A stretch of 61,736 nt of DNA, counting the filler. It is 14 parts of 14 records of this genome, joined end to end, with 100 filler letters (N's around TTAATTAATTAA, not from the genome) between each part and the next. Parts side by side here need not be neighbours in the genome. Positions count along the whole stretch, not along the records: positions 10,612 to 14,304 come from SRR15195285_5334; positions 14,405 to 19,495 come from SRR15195285_5338; positions 19,596 to 22,665 come from SRR15195285_5339; positions 22,766 to 29,095 come from SRR15195285_5341; 10 more parts are not named here. The stretch is one strand, 5' to 3'. The number at the start of each line of letters is the position of its first letter. Position 1 is the stretch's first letter. The position numbers and the translations under genes were made by a program. Shown here piece after piece: positions 10,736 to 23,220 of this stretch. The notes beneath the pieces were generated by a model, which did not search any database, was not told the DNA's origin, and saw only the letters and a program-made list of their open reading frames with translations.

Positions 10736-13700
10736 ATGGCGCACAAGAGCCAGGTGTGGGTGGCGGATGAGGAAGATGCGTATGCGCGGGCCCAGATTCT
10801 GAACGAGAAGGACGATGGGACGACGATCGTCCAGATCGAGGGGCGCATGGGGGACACGACGCTGCCGACGGAGGAGTGCTACAAGGTCAACCCGGACAAC
10901 CAGGACGGTGGTGCGTTTGCGCGAATTTCCTGCCAGTCGCTGCCTGAGAGAGCGGTTGGAGCAGCTATAGCGGGACGCGAGGCGGTGGGCCGATCGCGAG
11001 GGCTGCCCGCCGAGCCTTGGCTTGCCTGCGGAGCGGACCCTCCTTCCTTCGTTTGCATCGCTGACACGCGGCTGCTGCCCCGCCGTTTGTTCTGCGTCTC
11101 CTCCGTTGGCAGTGAATGACAACACCGAGCTGATGTACCTCAACGACGCCAGTCTGCTGTGGAACCTGCGCTGCCGCTACCTCAGCGACAACATCTACAC
11201 CTACACGGGCTACATTTTAATCGCGATCAACCCATACAAGGACATGTCCCACATCTACCAGGACGATCTCATGTTCCAGTACAAAGGCAAGTCGATCGGC
11301 ACTCTCGACCCACACGTGTTCGCAATTGCCGACCACTCGTATCGCTCGATGAAGAACCTCGGGACCGGACAGTCTGTGATTATCAGTGGCGAATCCGGTG
11401 CTGGTAAGACCGAGACGTCAAAGATCGTCATGCGCTACCTGGCGGTGGTCGGCGGAAAATTCGGGGCGGACGGACTCGAGGGCCGCATGATGAAGTCCAA
11501 CCCGATTCTGGAGGCCTTCGGTAACGCGAAGACCCTGCGCAACAACAACTCGTCGCGCTTCGGTAAGTTCATGAAGATCGAGTTCGACCGAGACCAAACT
11601 GTCTGCTCAGCCTCCATCGATACGTACCTGCTCGAGAAGTCGCGCATCGTTACGCACACGCCCGGCGAGCGCGCGTACCACTCGTTCTACCAGCTCTGCG
11701 CGGGTGCGCGGCCCGACCTGCAGGATAAGCTGCGCCTGCTGCGCGCGGACGACTACGTGTACCTCTCGAAGCACGGCTCGGAGCATGTGGCGATCGAGGG
11801 AGTAGACGACGCAGCTGAGTTCGACGAGATGCACGGCGCGCTCGATTCCTGCGGTTTCTCGCTGGACGAGCAAGACGCGATTTTCAGACTCACAGCTGGT
11901 ATCCTCCACCTCGGGAACATCGACTTCATTCCGAACGGTCAAGACAACGCAGAGCTGTCTGATCCGGAGGTGGCCAACACAGCCGCCGAAATGTTCGAGG
12001 TCGAGCCGAGTGTCCTCAGGGCCAAAATGGTCACCAAGCTTGTGAAGGTCCGCTCAGAGCAATACGAGCAGCCAATGAACCCGCAGGTGGCAACATACTC
12101 TCGCGACGCGCTCTCGAAGGCCATATACTCGCGCATGTTCGACTTCCTGGTGTCGAAGGTCAACGACGGTCTTCGGGCTGACGCTGGCTCTGTGAAGAAC
12201 TTCATCGGTGTGCTTGACATCTACGGTTTTGAGTTTTTCGACGTCAACTCATTCGAGCAGCTCTGCATCAACTTCGCGAACGAGAAGCTGCAGCAGCACT
12301 TCAACAAGCAGATCTTCAAGCAGGAACAGGAGATCTACCTCAAAGAGGCCATTAAGGTCGCGGAGATCAAGTACCGGGATAACCAGGACTGCATCGACCT
12401 GCTGGAACTGCCCCGTGTCGGTGTCATCAACATTCTCGACGAGGAGTGCAAGATGCCCAAGGCGACTGACAAATCGTTTGCCCAGAAGCTGCATTCCCAG
12501 CACGCACGCCACCCGCGCTTTGCCGCCCCGAAGATGCACAAGAAACGCGGCAGCGGTCTAGGCGAAGCTGCCCAGAATTTCACACCGGACGAGGCCTTCA
12601 TCATCAAGCACTTCGCGGGTGACGTGACCTACTGTGTGGAGGGTTTCCTCGACAAGAACATGGACCCGCTCAACGAAGATGTTGAGAAGATGATGTTCAA
12701 CTCAGGCAACTTTTTGCTTCACGACCTGTTTCCTTATGAGGAGCCTGACCCGAACGCTCGCGGCCGCGGCCGCGGCAAGAAGAAGCAATCCGTCGGTGGG
12801 CGCTTCCTCAAGCAGCTCGGTGAGCTTGCGGACACCTTGGGCAATACTTCCTCCCACTTCATTCGCTGCATCAAACCGAACAACGCTCAGAGGCCGCTGG
12901 AGTTTGAAGGCAACAAGGTGGTCGATCAGCTGCGCTGCTCCGGCATGATGGAGGCTCTGAAGCTCATGCATGAAGGTTACCCCACTCGCTGCCCGTTCGA
13001 CGACCTCTACAGCCGGTACAAGGATCTCATGCCGGAAGAGCTGTCGAATCTTTCCCCGGCCGATTTCGTCGAGTGTCTGCTGCAGGCGCTTGAGGTTCCG
13101 CGCGAAAAATACCAGTTTGGCCTGTCTAAGGTCTTTTTTAAGGCCGGCCAGTTCGCTCTTATCGACGAGCTTACTACCAACGAGGACATGCTGGATGAGC
13201 TGGTCGTCAAGGTGCGCATCTGGCTGATGCGAAAGCGCTTCAAGAAAGCAGTTTTCACGATGGTGGCCTACAAGAAGATTTCTCAGCGACTTGACCAGAA
13301 ACGTGCCGGCGATCTGTTTGCGTCCGTTGCGACCCAGATGTGGGTCATTTCAAAAACGATGATCCCACTCGCGCGTCGAGTGCAGCGCGAAATGCGGGCG
13401 ACCAAGATCCAGGCTGCCTACCGCAGCGCAACCGATCGCGCGAACTACCTCGAGACCCGCAAAGGCGCGGCGACCCTCACCCGCTACACTCGTCGCTTTC
13501 TCCAGGCGCGCAACGCTGCGCCACTGATCGCTGACATCACGCTAGAGCGTGAGCGTCGCGAAGAGGAGGAGAAGCAGAGGCTCGCGGAGCTCAGCGAGGA
13601 GGCTCGCATGGCTGCGAAGGCGGCGAAGGATGAAGCGATGCGGCTGAAGGCGCAGGCTGCGCTGGAGCGTGCAGAGGGACGCAGCAAGGGCTCTGGTGCA

Positions 13701-14304
13701 GCCGAGGAGGCGGCGAGGGCAGAGGCTGAAGCGGCGAGGCTCCAGGCTGAGGAGGAGAATCAGAAGTTACAGGAGGAGAAGGAGAACGCAAAAAAGGAAA
13801 TGGATGCGCTGAAGGACACCATGGCAGAGCAGATGCAGAAGCAGCAGGAGGCGATGCAGAAACAGATGCAGACCATGATGATGCAAATGACTGGCACCGT
13901 GGGCGGGACCGGCGAACTGACCGGCTTGGCTGCTTCACGAGAAGAGCGCCGCCTCAAGGAGGAGATGGGCATCGAGGGTGGTGGTGGTGGCGGCGGCGGC
14001 GGTATGGTTTCAGACAAGAATGTGAAGCGCCTGGAAGAGAAGCTGAACAAGCTGTCTAACACAGTGGACGAGTTGAGGAAAGAACTCGACGAGGAAAAGA
14101 AGAAGGTCAAGTGGCTTGAGAGTCGCGTGTCCGGAGCAGGAGCGATCGGCTCCCCGTCGCGGCAGGGTGCACCGGTGCCGGGCCCAGGACAGGCGCAGGC
14201 CTCCGACGCATGGCAGCGTGCGAAATCCGCTGCTGCGCGGCAAGTGGCTCCACCTGGTGTGCCTGCGGTGGCAGGTCGCCCCGTGGTGCCGCAACGAGCG
14301 CCAC
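10736..14304 (+). CDS. Myosin heavy chain, class VI-like, 3'-truncated; exons 10736-10910 and 11113->14304
   Basis: N-terminal SH3-like segment; intron 10911-11112 (GTGCGT..CAG); P-loop GESGAGKTE, switch I NNNSSRFGK, switch II LDIYGFE, FIRCIKPN, FGLSKVFF; IQ motif (IQAAYRS); charged helix and coiled coil. Confidence 0.95.
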
Positions 14305-15055
14305 NNNNNNNNNNNNNNNNNNNNNNNNNNNNNNNNNNNNNNNNNNNNTTAATTAATTAANNNNNNNNNNNNNNNNNNNNNNNNNNNNNNNNNNNNNNNN
14401 NNNNATCATGTGTCGGTAAATTGCGGAGCTAGTTATACTTTATACACTGTAGGATCCGAAGGACACGAGGACAGTCCTCGCGTGTTCGAGTCCCCCCCGA
14501 AGGCTGTGTGGGGCGTCAACGCACGCCGCCCGCGGGGTCGACGAATGGATGCGGTTGGCGAAGACGGGTGGACAGCCATGCCCGTCTCGTTTTTTGGACC
14601 AAATGATTTCGGATTGGAAAAAAGGAACTGAAATTCGACTGGATTCCAGCGGCGTGGCAGTCTGGCAGGTGACACTGTGTGACGTATGATGCGCTGGCAG
14701 TGGGTCTCCCTCTGCCGGGTTCAGAACACACACGCCGCATCAACCCCCCATTTTGCCAACACCACGCTGAACCGGATATATCCTAACCATCCCAGGTCCG
14801 CTCTCCTAGTCCCAGAACAATGCCAAGTTCCCTTACAAACCACTTCGGAAAAATCGCACCCAGCACGGTCGATTGCGGCGAACCACCCGAATGCACCAGA
14901 AATGTAGCCGAAGCCATGAGGCAGTCGAGCGTGGAATTGCCAATTGGTTAGAAATGCGGGGGATTTCGTGAGTAAGTCACTGCCGTCAAAATACGGTGGT
15001 CAAAAAGCTCTATAGGCGCCTACTACTTTTTGGCCAGCGGGCTGGCGGGCTGCTT

Positions 15056-15091
15056 TTCGGCGGCCTGTTCGGCGGCCTGTTCGGCGGCCTG
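15056..15091. repeat. Tandem repeat (TTCGGCGGCCTG)x3
   Basis: Three exact 12-mers plus a partial fourth, about 250 nt upstream of the OSCA/TMEM63 start. Confidence 0.85.
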
Positions 15092-15340
15092 TTCGGGCGG
15101 AACAGCCTGTTTTTGAGGTGGGTGGGGAGCCGGGGGAGAGGAGGGCTAGGGGGAGGGTTGAGAGGATTTGTGTAGGAGGGAAACGGAGTGGTGGAGTTTG
15201 GGGTTGGTGTCCGGCGAGTCGGATCGGTTGGGCGCCTTTGTCCGCTGTGTGTGCGCTCCCTCCCCAACCACGCACCGCTGCCGTGGACAGCTGCCCGCAC
15301 GGAGCGGTGGGTGCACGTGGAATACTGTGCGCGGGGCGAG

Positions 15341-18059
15341 ATGGCGGTGGTTCCGCAGCTGCGATTAGTCGTGGCGATCGTCGGCGCATTGGCCTGGGCG
15401 GCCCCAGCGCAGGCGCAGGTGGAGTTCTGCAGCGAAGTTGTATGCGGCAACCCGGTGTATGTGGTGAATCGGGAGATGCACGACCTCAGCGTCGCGGAAG
15501 CGAACAGCAGCGTGACGGCGGACAAATGCACAGACTTCGTTAATGCAACAGGCGCCATCTTGTGGGAGGACTGCGCCTGTGGCTGCGGGGCCGCACACCG
15601 TGTGATGATCTACATCCTGGGCGTGCTGATCATCTTCTATTCGATTGTCGTGTTGCTGTTCGTGACTGGTATCAAGATTCTCCGCGCTGGGCCACGGCGG
15701 GAGTACGAGGATCTGAAGGCGGCAGGCAAGGTCCGAGAGGACACCGAGGAGATCGGCGGAGACGCTGCACGTGCTTGGATGTCCAAGTCGGAGGACGAAG
15801 TTCGAACGGACTGTGGCCTTGACGCCGCTGTCTACCTACTCCACTGCCGGCAGTGCGCAATGTTCTGGCTAGGGCAAGGCATGACGATGGGTCTCGTCCT
15901 GCTCATGACGTACAAGCTCGGTGGAGACTACGAAAAGGGCATCACCGTGTTCGCGTTTTCCTCTGCAAACCTCGCGCCTACCAATCCGGCGAAATGGCTC
16001 TCCGTGCTCGCGCAATTCTGGTTCGTCGGGAGCACGGTTGGGTTCACCATGTGGAAACAGAAGGGGATGGACTCGTACAAGCTGGAGGCCGAAGAGGAGG
16101 GCGGCCGGCACACGTCACTGAACACCGTATGGATCGCTAACGTGTCTACGGGCGCTACTGAGGACAAGTTGAAGTCATGGTTCGACTCCGAGTACGCCGG
16201 GGAAGTTCTCGAGGCGAAGATGGTCTGGGACGTCAATGCTCTGGGTCACAACATTCGCTCTCGCCGACGCTTGATCCAGAAGATCAATGCGCTCTACTCG
16301 AAGAAGGCAGATGCCGATGACGACGGTGCGGTCGCCAAGATGCAGCTGAAGATCGATGCCTTGACTGTCAAGGTGAAGGACTTAGAGCAATGGGAAAAAC
16401 CACTGCGCGACCGTCCGTTGACAGGAGCCGGGAGCGCATTTGTCACTTTCAAAACAGAAGAACAATGCCAGGCGTTTCGCAAAAGCCTGGGCGACAAGCA
16501 GCGCGGTGCATCGTCCGGAGATGCAGCGGCTCTCGCAGTCTCTAAGTGGTCAGCGGTGATGGCTCCACGCTCGGTAGAGATCTACTGGGAAAACTTTGGC
16601 CTGGAGGCATCAGACAAGTTGAACAATCAGGCCAAAGCCTGGGGCCTCACCATTGTTATGTTCCTGTTGTTCTTGCTGGCTGCACTCGGTGCGTTTTGGG
16701 TTCTAGGATTTATGTACATGGAGTTGTTGTACTGGGTCTACCCAACTCCAGATGTCGGTGAGAAACACGACGCCATGAGGAACGCTGTGGGCCCTGTTGT
16801 GTGGTATGGTGTATTTGGCCTGTTTTTCGTCATCCTTTTCCTCGGATTGGAAGAAGAAATGTCTCCAATTGTCAAGTATATCTGCAAGTTTGAATACCCG
16901 TACACGAAGAGTCTGAAGCAATCGTCATACCTGGGAAAGATCTACTGGTTCTACATGATCTACCATGTTGCGCTGAGCACAGTACTCCTTGGAGTTCTGG
17001 CACTGTGGTGTGACATACGCAACATTCCGGTTGTCGACGGTGGTTGCGAAGAGACACTAGGAGAGACTGACGCCGACGGTGCTAAGTGTCGCAACGGCCG
17101 GTACCAACTGTACGTGGAGTCGGTGGGTGCATTTCACCAAAACCGTTTGTACTTGACAGCCTGCGTCATCGATTTCCTACAGACCCTTGGGGGACTGTCC
17201 TACTTCAGCCGAAAGGCCCACACGCTCGACGATGAAGAGCTGTCGAAGTTCGAAAGCGCCGAGGACGAAGAGGACGAAGAGTTCGCTCTGGAAGACGAGG
17301 CGGACAAGTTTTTCAGCGACAAGTTCGACTACACGCGCAACTACGCCGAATCGATCGCAGTCTTCACGTCCATTTGCGTGTACTCAACCATGCACCCGAC
17401 CATGATGATCTTGGGGTCATCCTACTACGGAATCAAGTACTATGTCGACAAGTACCAGATCACCAACCTGTACAGCAAGCCACACGTTCAGTATGGACGC
17501 CGCGCCCGCACGACCACGATTTACATCCTGTGGGCACAGACAATTGCCCAGTGGCTGAACGCGGCAAACCACCTAATTCTCACACAGGATTACGCGGTAG
17601 GGGGCGCCATGACCTTTTCGGCAGTGATCATGCAGGTAGTTATAATCCTGTATGTGTACCAGCCTGAAACTCTCAAGTAAGTTCAAGCTCATGGCCGTTG
17701 ACCACAGGTAGAATCTCTGTCGCTCTAACCGGCATGCATTTCTTGGCGGATCGGTTTGTGCAGGATGAAGAAAACCATTGCCAGAACAGACAGCAAAATC
17801 AAACAACTGCAAAGCACAGATGGTGCCGCAGAGGCTGAGGCACGAGAGCTGTGCGGTGCATACAAACCACCGAAGCCAGAGAATCTTGAAGTTGGCATCG
17901 AAATTGATGTGAGTCTTGCGTGGCAGCCCATGACCTAATGCTGGCTCTTCATTCCGAGCGAGCATTTCACACGTGACCTCGGCTTGTTCCATTGCGCAGA
18001 CTGCCGGAGTAACAACGAAAGTAGATAACCCGTTGGATGAGGCCGAGGCAGATGACTGA
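15341..18059 (+). CDS. OSCA/TMEM63 (CSC1-like) mechano/osmosensitive cation channel; exons 15341-17676, 17764-17908, 18000-18059
   Basis: Family motifs CGLDAAVYL, GSAFVTF, APRSVEIYWENF and FDYTRNYA...YSTMHP...YYGIKYYVDKYQI; about 10-11 TM helices; introns 17677-17763 (GTAAGT) and 17909-17999 (GTGAGT) restore the frame. Confidence 0.88.
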
Positions 18060-18487
18060 TTCGCCGTGCTGTATCGAGTAGTGCGTGCGAGTTCTGACTG
18101 CCACCATATCCCAGGCAACGTAACCAATAAAGCAGAGGCAGCCTTTATTCATGCAGCCTCCAATACAAGCACGACATACAGTGTGTGCCGTCCAGACATG
18201 ATGGGCGTTTCCGAGGCGCACCGCTGTATTTGCAATCATCGCACATGCGTTGCACACCACGACAATGAATTGCCGTATTCGCCGCCAGATGCGAGCCTTC
18301 GACCCCACTGCAGCATGAATTCTGCGCAAAAAGGCTTGCAGCGACTATCGTTTACTCCAGCGTCACAGCTGCAGCTGCATCAGGCAATCTTCGAGAGATG
18401 CCGTGGTGTCTCACGCCGCGAGCTACCATTCTCGTCGCCGTGATCAAAACGCAAAATTGCCGCAGGGCTGGCCGATAAACAACCGCA

Positions 18488-19495
18488 TTACGACATGGCC
18501 GCAGCGTGCGAATGTACCCCAGCTATCGAGGTAGATTTTGTGCGTTTGGCACTCTGATCCAAATCGCTGCTGGGTCCATCAACTGGGTCGAAGACACGGC
18601 TTCGCCGAATTGTCGCTGCAACCTGAGGTGTCGACGGCACGATCGAAGATGTCAAAACTGTTGAAGACGGCCGATCACTACTGTCAGTTGCATCCGTAGC
18701 CTTTGGCTCAGTGTGTGCTCGGTCGGCTGCAGCAGCTTCTTGTCTCGTGTGAAATTTGTAGACCAGACGCGCCCCCCCGGCTGCTGGCTGCCAAGCCGCC
18801 GGCGAATCGGCATCCTTGCGCGCCCGCCTAGCGGCTGGCGCCGGCGGGCCGCGATCTCGCAGCAGTGCCGAGGCGCTTGCAACCAACGGAGGCGCGTTGT
18901 CGAGCGAAAGCAGCTCTGTGATGATAGCAGCAGCCTCCTGGCCCTGGCGCTGGCGCTTGCGATTCTCTTTGGTGCGGGCCCAGAAGCGCCGCCCTTCCAG
19001 CAGCCTTTCGATCAGCGACGCCATCGAGGGGTGTCTTGCAGAAATGTCGCTGAACTCCTCCGCGGTGCATCCGAAAAGCTGCTCGGCTGTTTCATCCAGC
19101 GCGATCAGTTTTCTCGGCTGAAGACCGTCGCGTGGGAGCACCCCAGCTACAATTAAAGGCAGCATAAAGGTAGGCCGCGGGAGAACCTGTTTGCTGCAGT
19201 GGGTGCAAGTCGCATACTTCTGCGTGGCGGCCAGCCGACCGCCTGGACCAGGCCGCAGTTTCTTGTTCAGCGTCTTGTGGCACTGACTCTGCGCAGCAAA
19301 CACATGACGCACGCGAGAGTTTAGTGACAATGACCATCAGCACACACAAGACGACACTGACCGATCGGCCGCCGCCACTCACACAGGCGTAGTAAATCAA
19401 CGTCCCTGTGTCCGCGCGCAGCACGACCACGCTGCTGCCCCCTGTCCGCGGGGGCGCTGCTGCGTCGCCGCCGCCGCCACCACCACCACCACCAC
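18488..19495 (-). CDS. RPA1-C-like OB-fold protein with a Zn ribbon (DDIAS/MEIOB-like architecture), 5'-partial
   Basis: Intron 19289-19382 (GTGAGT..CAG) gives LIYYAC|SQC...CTHC...LIALDETAEQLFGCTAEEF, the pattern of the RPA70 C-terminal OB fold; disordered tail follows. Confidence 0.7.
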
Positions 19496-19784
19496 NNNNN
19501 NNNNNNNNNNNNNNNNNNNNNNNNNNNNNNNNNNNNNNNTTAATTAATTAANNNNNNNNNNNNNNNNNNNNNNNNNNNNNNNNNNNNNNNNNNNNGTGAG
19601 TCAATTTTCGAATTTCAACCTGGGTGCATTCGAAGACCGGATCGTTGCGCGGCGGGGGTCTGTGCGCGCGCGCGCGCGCGGCCCGGCGGCGGCGGCGCCA
19701 CCGGCAGCCGCGGCGCCAGCGATTGTTGGAACTGTTTGTGAAGTGCAGCTGCAGCTCCCGCGTGGCCTTCAAATCGTCATCGAT

Positions 19785-22452
19785 ATGACGTCGGCAAGAG
19801 ATGAAGGCCTGCTGCGGCGCCTTGGTGACGGGGAGTCCCTCTCGACAATCGCCCAGTCGCAGGGGTGGTCCATAGAACAGATGAAGGCGTGGTTTGTTCG
19901 AATCGCAGCCAGACGCGGTGCTCCCTTTCTGCAGGTGTTTGCTCCCTCGCGTGGTCGTGTTCCTACCGAGCATGACGTCCGCATAGAGAGAGATGAGCAA
20001 GGCTTGCCCCACATCATCGCAGAGACGGACAGTGACCTGTTTTACGGATTTGGTTGGGCAATGTCTGAGGACCGACTGTTCCAATTGGACTATCTGCGTC
20101 GCAAGGCGCTAGGGAAGCTGAGCGAAATCGTTGGATCACAAGAGCTCTGCGCGTCCATCCTCTCAGATAACCGGGCTCCGACGAGTGCGTTGGAGCTAGA
20201 CAGGCTTGCTCGGACCGTCGGATTCGGACGTATTGCCGTGGAGCAGTGGCCCAGCATGGAGCCAGCAGCTCAAGCTCTGCTGTCTAGCTTCTGCGATGGT
20301 GTCAACGGGCAACTGGCTGCAGCAATGAAAGAGCACTCGCTCCCAATCGAGTGCTCGATCTTAAACTACACACCAGACACATTTTCCCCGCAAGACATGC
20401 TGGCAATCGAGACCGATTTTCGTTGGTACCTGACTGGCCGGTTCAATGGCTTGCTGTTGCCCCAATTGGCTGCAGAGAAAATCGATGGCGAATTGTTGGA
20501 CGAGTGGTTGCTTGGTGAGGCTGATGAGGAGGCAATTCTCCCAGAAGGCGTGTATGAGCCACTGCCTTCTAAACTACTGCCAGACCCTGCTACATGGTTG
20601 AAGGCTGAGCCCGTGCGAGGGGCGGTTGGGTTTGACGCGGATTCGGCGGTTGGGTCGAACAACTGGGTCTGCAACGAGCAGCTCTCCTCATCAGGAGGCT
20701 GCATGGTGGGCTCCGATCCGCATGTGGGTTTTGAGGCAGTGTCGTGCTGGTACAACGTCGCGCTGGTAGGTGGGTCGTTTGACGTCGTTGGATGCGCGTA
20801 CGTTGGCGTACCTGCCGTTATGTTTGGCCGCAATAGGGATGTCGCTTGGGGGATTACCAACAACATATGCTCTCAGCGTGACCTGTTTTGGGAGACGGTG
20901 GATGAGCGAGGCAGATTTCTACACGACGGCGAGTGGGTCGAACCGACCGTGATCGACGAAATCATCTATGATAAAGACGGTACCGAGGCATTGGCGCTGC
21001 CCGTGGTCTTCTCGCGCCATGGACCGATCGTCAACCAGGTGCTGCCAACAGCAGCTGCTGAGCTCACCACACGTGTGCAGCAGCACCCTATCGCGTTAGA
21101 ATGGGTTGCCACACACGGAGATGGGTGGCTAGAGGCGATGCTCGCCATGAACTGTGCGACTTCAGTCGAAGAGTTTCGTGAATCACTCCGACCATGGCAT
21201 TGCCCCAGCTTCAACCTATCTGTTGCTGATACGCACGGGTCTATCGGAATGGTCAGCGTCGGCCGGCTACCACTCCGTAGTGGGATGTCGACGCGTGGTT
21301 TACGCGACGGTTCTTCTTCTGCCAACGATTGGTTTGGATTCGTCCCATATGATGCGATGCCTCATGCCATCAACCCAGGGTCTCGCAACTGGCTTGGTTC
21401 GGCCAACAACAGGCTAACCCCTGACAGCTACCCATACCCTCTCGGCGGGACATTTGCGTCTGGCTTTCGCGGCAAGCGAATTCGGCAGTTGTTCGAGGAG
21501 GCGGCAAGACGCGGTGGTGGCCTCACAGTGAATGATATGGCAATGATGCAGATGGATACGCTCTCACTGCCTGCCTGTGAAGACCTACCAGCGCTCCAGG
21601 CCTTACTACACGAAGAACCGTCATCAGACAGCACCGCAATGAGTGCTGCTCGAACTGCACTGCTCTCTTGGGACGGTGATGCCAAAGTCGACAGCAAAGG
21701 CACGCTCGTCTACCGGTTCTTCATGACCGCGTGGACGCTTGGTGTGGCATCGGCAAGGTTTGCGCCGGACACCGCGCCTCTGCTCGCAGTGGAACCGCTG
21801 GCCCGTCGTCTCCTTGTGGCAGACCCCAAGCAGTGGTTCGCTGATGAAGAAGAGCGTGTTCAAGGTATTCGCGCCGCCTTCAGCTCAGCCGTAGGGAGTA
21901 TTGTGGACTCCCTTGGCCCCGACCCAAGTTTTTGGAACTGGGGTCGCGTCCATGTGATGCCTTTGCGCCATGTACTAAGTACGCTTGGTGATGGGTCGAT
22001 TGCGGACCTGGTCAATGCAGACCCAAGACCGATAGGAGGCGATATGACGACTCTTGGAAACACAGGGCAGGGTGTGTTCCTTGCACCCTCTCGTCCGCAT
22101 ACCCCTACTTTTTGCCGCGTACCCACGTACACTTAGCTTGTCAATTATCTTACGTTGCCTTAATCTGCACGTAGGTCCGGGCTACATTGCTAATACTGGT
22201 GCTGGTTACCGACATGTCGCCGATCTGGGGTCGTCTCCAGCTGGTTTGTGGATGGTGGACGGGCAGTCGCAATCGGGTCAGCTATACACACGCCACTACA
22301 ACGACTCGATCGACATGTGGGAAGATGGTGGCTTGTGCTTCGTTCCCCTCGGCGGGTTCAAGGGCGTCACCACCACTGTTTTGCGGTCACAAGCAACGGC
22401 ACTGCCAACCGCTGGCGCCGCCCGGGTTGAACGGAACCGCACGAAGCTGTGA
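19785..22452 (+). CDS. Penicillin acylase family (peptidase S45) Ntn-hydrolase; exons 19785-22071 and 22175-22452
   Basis: IERDEQGLPHIIA, GFGWAMSEDRLFQLD, nucleophile motif GSNNWV, GSDPH, FGRNRDVAWGITN, SANN, WNWGRVH. Intron 22072-22174 continues into GAGYRHVADL...GQSQSG...HY. Start taken as the first in-frame ATG. Confidence 0.92.
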
Positions 22453-23220
22453 CCGCAGGAGCCGAGCCCAGACACGATGATGCAAAAAGGGTTCACAGTC
22501 AAAATAATGTTACACAAGACCCCTCGGCGATTGGCTCTATGAACGTTGGATCATCGAATGGGCCCATCTTGCTCACTGTAGAGGTTAGAGCCACTGTTAT
22601 AGCTTGTCGCTCACCGCGAGGTACATTACATAGGTTGTCGTCTACCGCCTAAACCACACTTCTGCNNNNNNNNNNNNNNNNNNNNNNNNNNNNNNNNNNN
22701 NNNNNNNNNTTAATTAATTAANNNNNNNNNNNNNNNNNNNNNNNNNNNNNNNNNNNNNNNNNNNNTGGTGGGTTGTTCCTGGCAGGGCGGAGGCGGGTCG
22801 GGAGAATGGGCACGCTGGCCTGCGTTCGGCACCGGTGAGGGAGGAGTCAACAGTTCACATAGACTGCACTGCTTGAGTGGATTAGGTCGGGTCAGGTGGT
22901 CTCTCTCGATTGATCTGCGATTTGTGAAACCTGTAAACTGCTGTGGATGCTGGACTCACTCGGGGCCTTGTTGCCGCAGAGGCTGACCTAGTCGTGGTAG
23001 TATGTAGGAGGAGCTTCCTCCGCTGCGAGCTCCGTACCCGTGAGTGTTGTCTCCGTCCGCGGTGGCTGGTGCAGCAGGCGTGTGTCCTTGCTGCGGGACT
23101 GGCAGCGTCTGACAGGAGGTGAGTGAGCGGCTTTCCGGAAAACAGGCAGGGTGGCACATCTGGGTTCGCTGTGTAGGCGCGCGGAGCTGCGTAGAGGCGG
23201 CGGCGAGTCTCAACGCGAGG

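Noticed and set aside
14405-15050. Non-coding stretches (also 40130-40752 and 44466-44900) as RNA genes or mobile-element ends
   Set aside because: No tRNA cloverleaf, rRNA or snRNA signature, or terminal repeats that I could identify by eye.
7714-22452. Bacterial contamination as the source of the isochorismatase and acylase
   Set aside because: Both need GT-AG introns of the same style as the clearly eukaryotic genes.
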